Assembly: GCA_030691385.1 (NCBI GenBank)
Contig: JAUYEI010000014.1
Span: 8,908 to 72,907, forward strand
Length of the DNA stretch: 64,000 bases
Direction: 5' to 3'
From: Azonexus sp.
Lineage (GTDB): Bacteria; Pseudomonadota; Gammaproteobacteria; Burkholderiales; Rhodocyclaceae
In this document: positions 61,419 through 64,000 of the stretch, in pieces
How positions within the stretch are numbered: the first letter of the stretch is position 1
Layout of the letters: every line of letters begins with the position of its first letter
Notes under the pieces: model-generated
Told to the model about the DNA's origin: nothing
What the model saw: the letters and a program-made list of their open reading frames with translations, nothing else
Databases searched by the model: none
Translations under genes and position numbers: made by a program

Positions 61419-63460
61419 GCGGCTACCCTTGTTCCAGTATTCGGTTGGGAATCAATCACGAACGTGCCACCGAGACTGGTGACGCGTTCGCGTATCCCGA
61501 TCAGGCCGAGCGAGATTCGCTCGTCGTCCTTGTCGAGAGGGTTGTCGAGATCAAATCCCTTGCCGTCGTCGGCCACGGAAAGGCATATCTGATCCGGCGT
61601 ACAGGTAATCTGCACAATGATGCCGCTGGCCTCGGCGTGGCGCAGCGCATTGGTGATCGCCTCCTGAACAATGCGGAAGCAGGCCAGTTCGACCGCTTCG
61701 GAGAAACGCAGGGCATCGATATTCTGGGCGAAGCGCACCTCGACGCCGGGCGGCAGTGACAGATTCCTGATGTGCCAGGCCAGGGCGGAGCCGATCCCCA
61801 GTTCGTCGAGCAGCGGCGGCCGCAAGCGGCGGGCAATATCGCCGGTGGTCTGCGCGATGCCCGCGACGATTTCTTGTGCGGTATCGAGCGCCGCGCTGGT
61901 CGTCAGCGGGTCGCCGACATGCAGTTTGGCGCCGGCCAGCGAAATCTTGAGGGCAGCCAGTGACTGACCAATCTGATCGTGCAATTCCATCGACAGGTGA
62001 TGGCGCTCCCTTTCCTGGATATCCTGGTGCATTCTGGCCAGGGCCTGGAGTTGCCGGGTGTATTGCGCTTGCAGCTTCTGGGCATCCTTGACGCTGGTGA
62101 TGTCCACGTAGGTAATGACGGCGCCGCCGGAGCCCACTTTGAAAGGCGTCACGTTCATCATGAACCACAACTCCTGGCCGGGGGTGATGCAGGCGCTCTC
62201 CATCGAAAAGCGCGCTGTCTTTCCATCGAGCACCGCCTGCACGCCGGCCAGCGCGGCCTTGGCCCGTTCGGGGTCAGAGCCTTCACGATGGCGGCAGCCC
62301 GCAAAAAAGCTGCTGCCGACTCCTGCCTTTTTCTCATCGGCCTGCACGCAAGTATGGTCGCAGGCACATCGGGACCAGGCGTTATTGACGCTGACAATCA
62401 TGCCGGATTTGTCCACCACCGCCATTTGGGTGGCTGAAGCATCGAGCACGGCACAATTGAATTCGAGGCTGGCCTGGAGGGATTCCTCGGATAGTTGTTG
62501 CGCCGAGATGTCGCGGGCAATGCCGACGATGCCGATCAGTTCGTCATGGATGTCGAATACCGGGCTTTTGGTGATTTCAAAATGCGAGAGCTTGCCATCC
62601 GGGTCGCGATACGACTGGTTGGTGACCAAGGCTGCGGTCGCCCCTGCTTTCAGGCCGGATTCGACAAACGCCCCGGTGTCAGCCGTCGGCCGGATGTCCT
62701 TGTCCGTGCGATTGAGGATTTGCTCCGCCGGCAGCTTGAACAGTTTCTCGAAAGCCGGATTGCAGGCGATATAACTTCCCGTCGTGTCTTTCATCCAGAC
62801 CGGGTCCGGGATCGAACGAATCAGGGCCTGCAGGCGCTGGCGTTCCATATCGGCGCTCTTTTGTGCCCGGCGCGTTTCGGTCAGGTCCGATCCGACGGCC
62901 AGGTAGCTGCCATCGGGCAGGCGCTGGGTGGTGACTTCGATATGCACACGCCAGCCATCCTTGTGCCGGATGTCCCAATCCTGCCGAATGAAGGGGTGCA
63001 GTTCAAGTGCGGCAACATGGGCGCCGAGCAGGGCGGCGTAGCGCTCGGACAGGATCTCGGCAATCGGATGGCCGACCAGCTCCGCGGCGCGGTAGCCGGA
63101 TATTTTCTGCGCTGCCGGGTTGGCGTAAATAATGCGCAAGGCCTGATCGCACAGGACGATCCCGTCCTTGGCCTGCTCGCTGATGATGCTGAACGTCTGG
63201 TTGTGCACGGCCTGTGCCTGGGCACGGCGAGTCAGGATCACGTAGAGCAGGGCCGCCGTCACGCCGACGAAAAGCAGGTCTTCGGCCAGATTCCAGGCGG
63301 TAAGGTGAAATGCGCTTCCGGTGATGCGTGCCAGAAACCAGTCGGCCAGAACAAGCCAGGTGCCAGCGCCGAGCGCATAGACAAGGACCGGACAAAACAC
63401 ATCCCTTCTGGCCGCATGAGGGCGATTGAATGGTGTTTCGTCTCTGGTCTTGCAAACCAT
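61391..63460 (-). CDS. Membrane-anchored multi-PAS HisKA_3 sensor kinase
   Basis: Two N-terminal TM helices, three PAS-like domains, ERERHHLSMELHDQIGQ, FRIVQEAITNALRHA, DDGKGF, GLIGIRER. Confidence 0.9.
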   Translation of the reverse strand: MVCKTRDETPFNRPHAARRDVFCPVLVYALGAGTWLVLADWFLARITGSAFHLTAWNLAEDLLFVGVTAALLYVILTRRAQAQAVHNQTFSIISEQAKDGIVLCDQALRIIYANPAAQKISGYRAAELVGHPIAEILSERYAALLGAHVAALELHPFIRQDWDIRHKDGWRVHIEVTTQRLPDGSYLAVGSDLTETRRAQKSADMERQRLQALIRSIPDPVWMKDTTGSYIACNPAFEKLFKLPAEQILNRTDKDIRPTADTGAFVESGLKAGATAALVTNQSYRDPDGKLSHFEITKSPVFDIHDELIGIVGIARDISAQQLSEESLQASLEFNCAVLDASATQMAVVDKSGMIVSVNNAWSRCACDHTCVQADEKKAGVGSSFFAGCRHREGSDPERAKAALAGVQAVLDGKTARFSMESACITPGQELWFMMNVTPFKVGSGGAVITYVDITSVKDAQKLQAQYTRQLQALARMHQDIQERERHHLSMELHDQIGQSLAALKISLAGAKLHVGDPLTTSAALDTAQEIVAGIAQTTGDIARRLRPPLLDELGIGSALAWHIRNLSLPPGVEVRFAQNIDALRFSEAVELACFRIVQEAITNALRHAEASGIIVQITCTPDQICLSVADDGKGFDLDNPLDKDDERISLGLIGIRERVTSLGGTFVIDSQPNTGTRVAACLPRIART

Positions 63461-63779
63461 TGACCGGTCTCCGCTGTTATAGATTTGTGGTGTTCTGGCA
63501 AAGCCCCCGATTGTCTAGCTTTGGTCAGGGCAATCAATCAGACAATGCGTTACTGACGACAGCGATTTACCTGACAAGGCGGCTTTTTGTCGAACCAAGT
63601 GGTCGCCGGCATTGTCAGTTTCAGGTGGACCACCGTTTTGCTCAGGAATTTCGTAGATGTTTGGTTTTATCTTCCCGATGGTTGCCATGGTGCGCGCAGC
63701 GCAGAATTAATCATGCTCACATGCTGCAAGCCGCTCCCCGTGCGACCAGGTCAAAAAATACCAAGGGCATTGGAGGAAG

Positions 63780-64000
63780 ATGAAGTCGCTTGATGATCCG
63801 TGCCGGGTTCGACCCCTGCAGTTGCTCTTGGTCGTCGACAAGCCGAATGCTTCGGGCGTGATTGAAGAAGTGCTTTTTTCATCCGGTATTGTTGGCAAAC
63901 TCGGGCGGATTTCCTGTGCCGAAGCGCTTGAGCCGGTTGTCGACGATCCTCTGGATGCCATCGTCGCCAGCTTCCCCCATCCGGACGCGGAATTCAAGGC
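63780..64000 (+). CDS. Partial ORF, probable degenerate receiver-domain signalling protein (runs off right edge)
   Basis: GGAGG RBS + ATG 63780. MKSLDDPCRVRPLQLLLVVDK...CAEALE...LDAIVAS resembles a receiver N-terminus. Confidence 0.5.
   Translation, partial: MKSLDDPCRVRPLQLLLVVDKPNASGVIEEVLFSSGIVGKLGRISCAEALEPVVDDPLDAIVASFPHPDAEFK

Noticed and set aside
63452-63535. c-di-GMP-I riboswitch-like words (GCAAACCATT ... GCAAAGCCCCCG)
   Set aside because: The GNRA-capped P2 and the GGAC junction are absent and spacing is wrong. The first word is simply the reverse complement of the kinase start. An Infernal/Rfam search would settle it.

Overview
Chromosomal window from a GC-rich betaproteobacterium. 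Gene order and content suggest Rhodocyclales (Dechloromonas/Azonexus-like); this is an inference. A housekeeping backbone (alaA-hom...thrC, nadC, nnr, ybbN, pyrG-kdsA-eno-ftsB, bcp-slyD, rlhA, ettA, 2x tRNA-Arg(ACG), prfC-moaE, clpB) is interrupted by four accessory blocks. (1) 1-9235: a visibly AT-richer PEP-CTERM-associated envelope locus with a sigma54-driven PEP-CTERM protein, a translationally coupled ThiF + nitroreductase pair (split OxzB / TyzBC-like, candidate oxazolone synthetase), a glycosyltransferase, a membrane LbH acyltransferase and a Lol-like export set. (2) 25622-33491: a darAB dialkylresorcinol/cyclohexanedione cluster with KS/CLF-like pair, ACP, BtrH-like protein and ABC exporter, carrying a 235-bp MITE that appears to supply an RBS. 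(3) 44763-50243: a GlrK/QseG/GlrR-type three-component system flanked on both sides by apparent targets. Each target has a TGTC-N10-GAC(A/G) site, an IHF site and a sigma54 promoter. The targets are a bactofilin + FeeM-type N-acyl amino acid synthase operon and a BON protein. (4) 50974-53485: an islet after the tRNAs with an AbiEi-like/HipA fusion, a convergent XRE gene and a prfC 5' end with atypical codons. Also present: an ISAzo13-like remnant plus a MITE, a stand-alone lipoyl domain with a CX3CX2C insert, and a 45-aa membrane ORF below the track cut-off. All family assignments come from motif recognition by eye; no searches were run.
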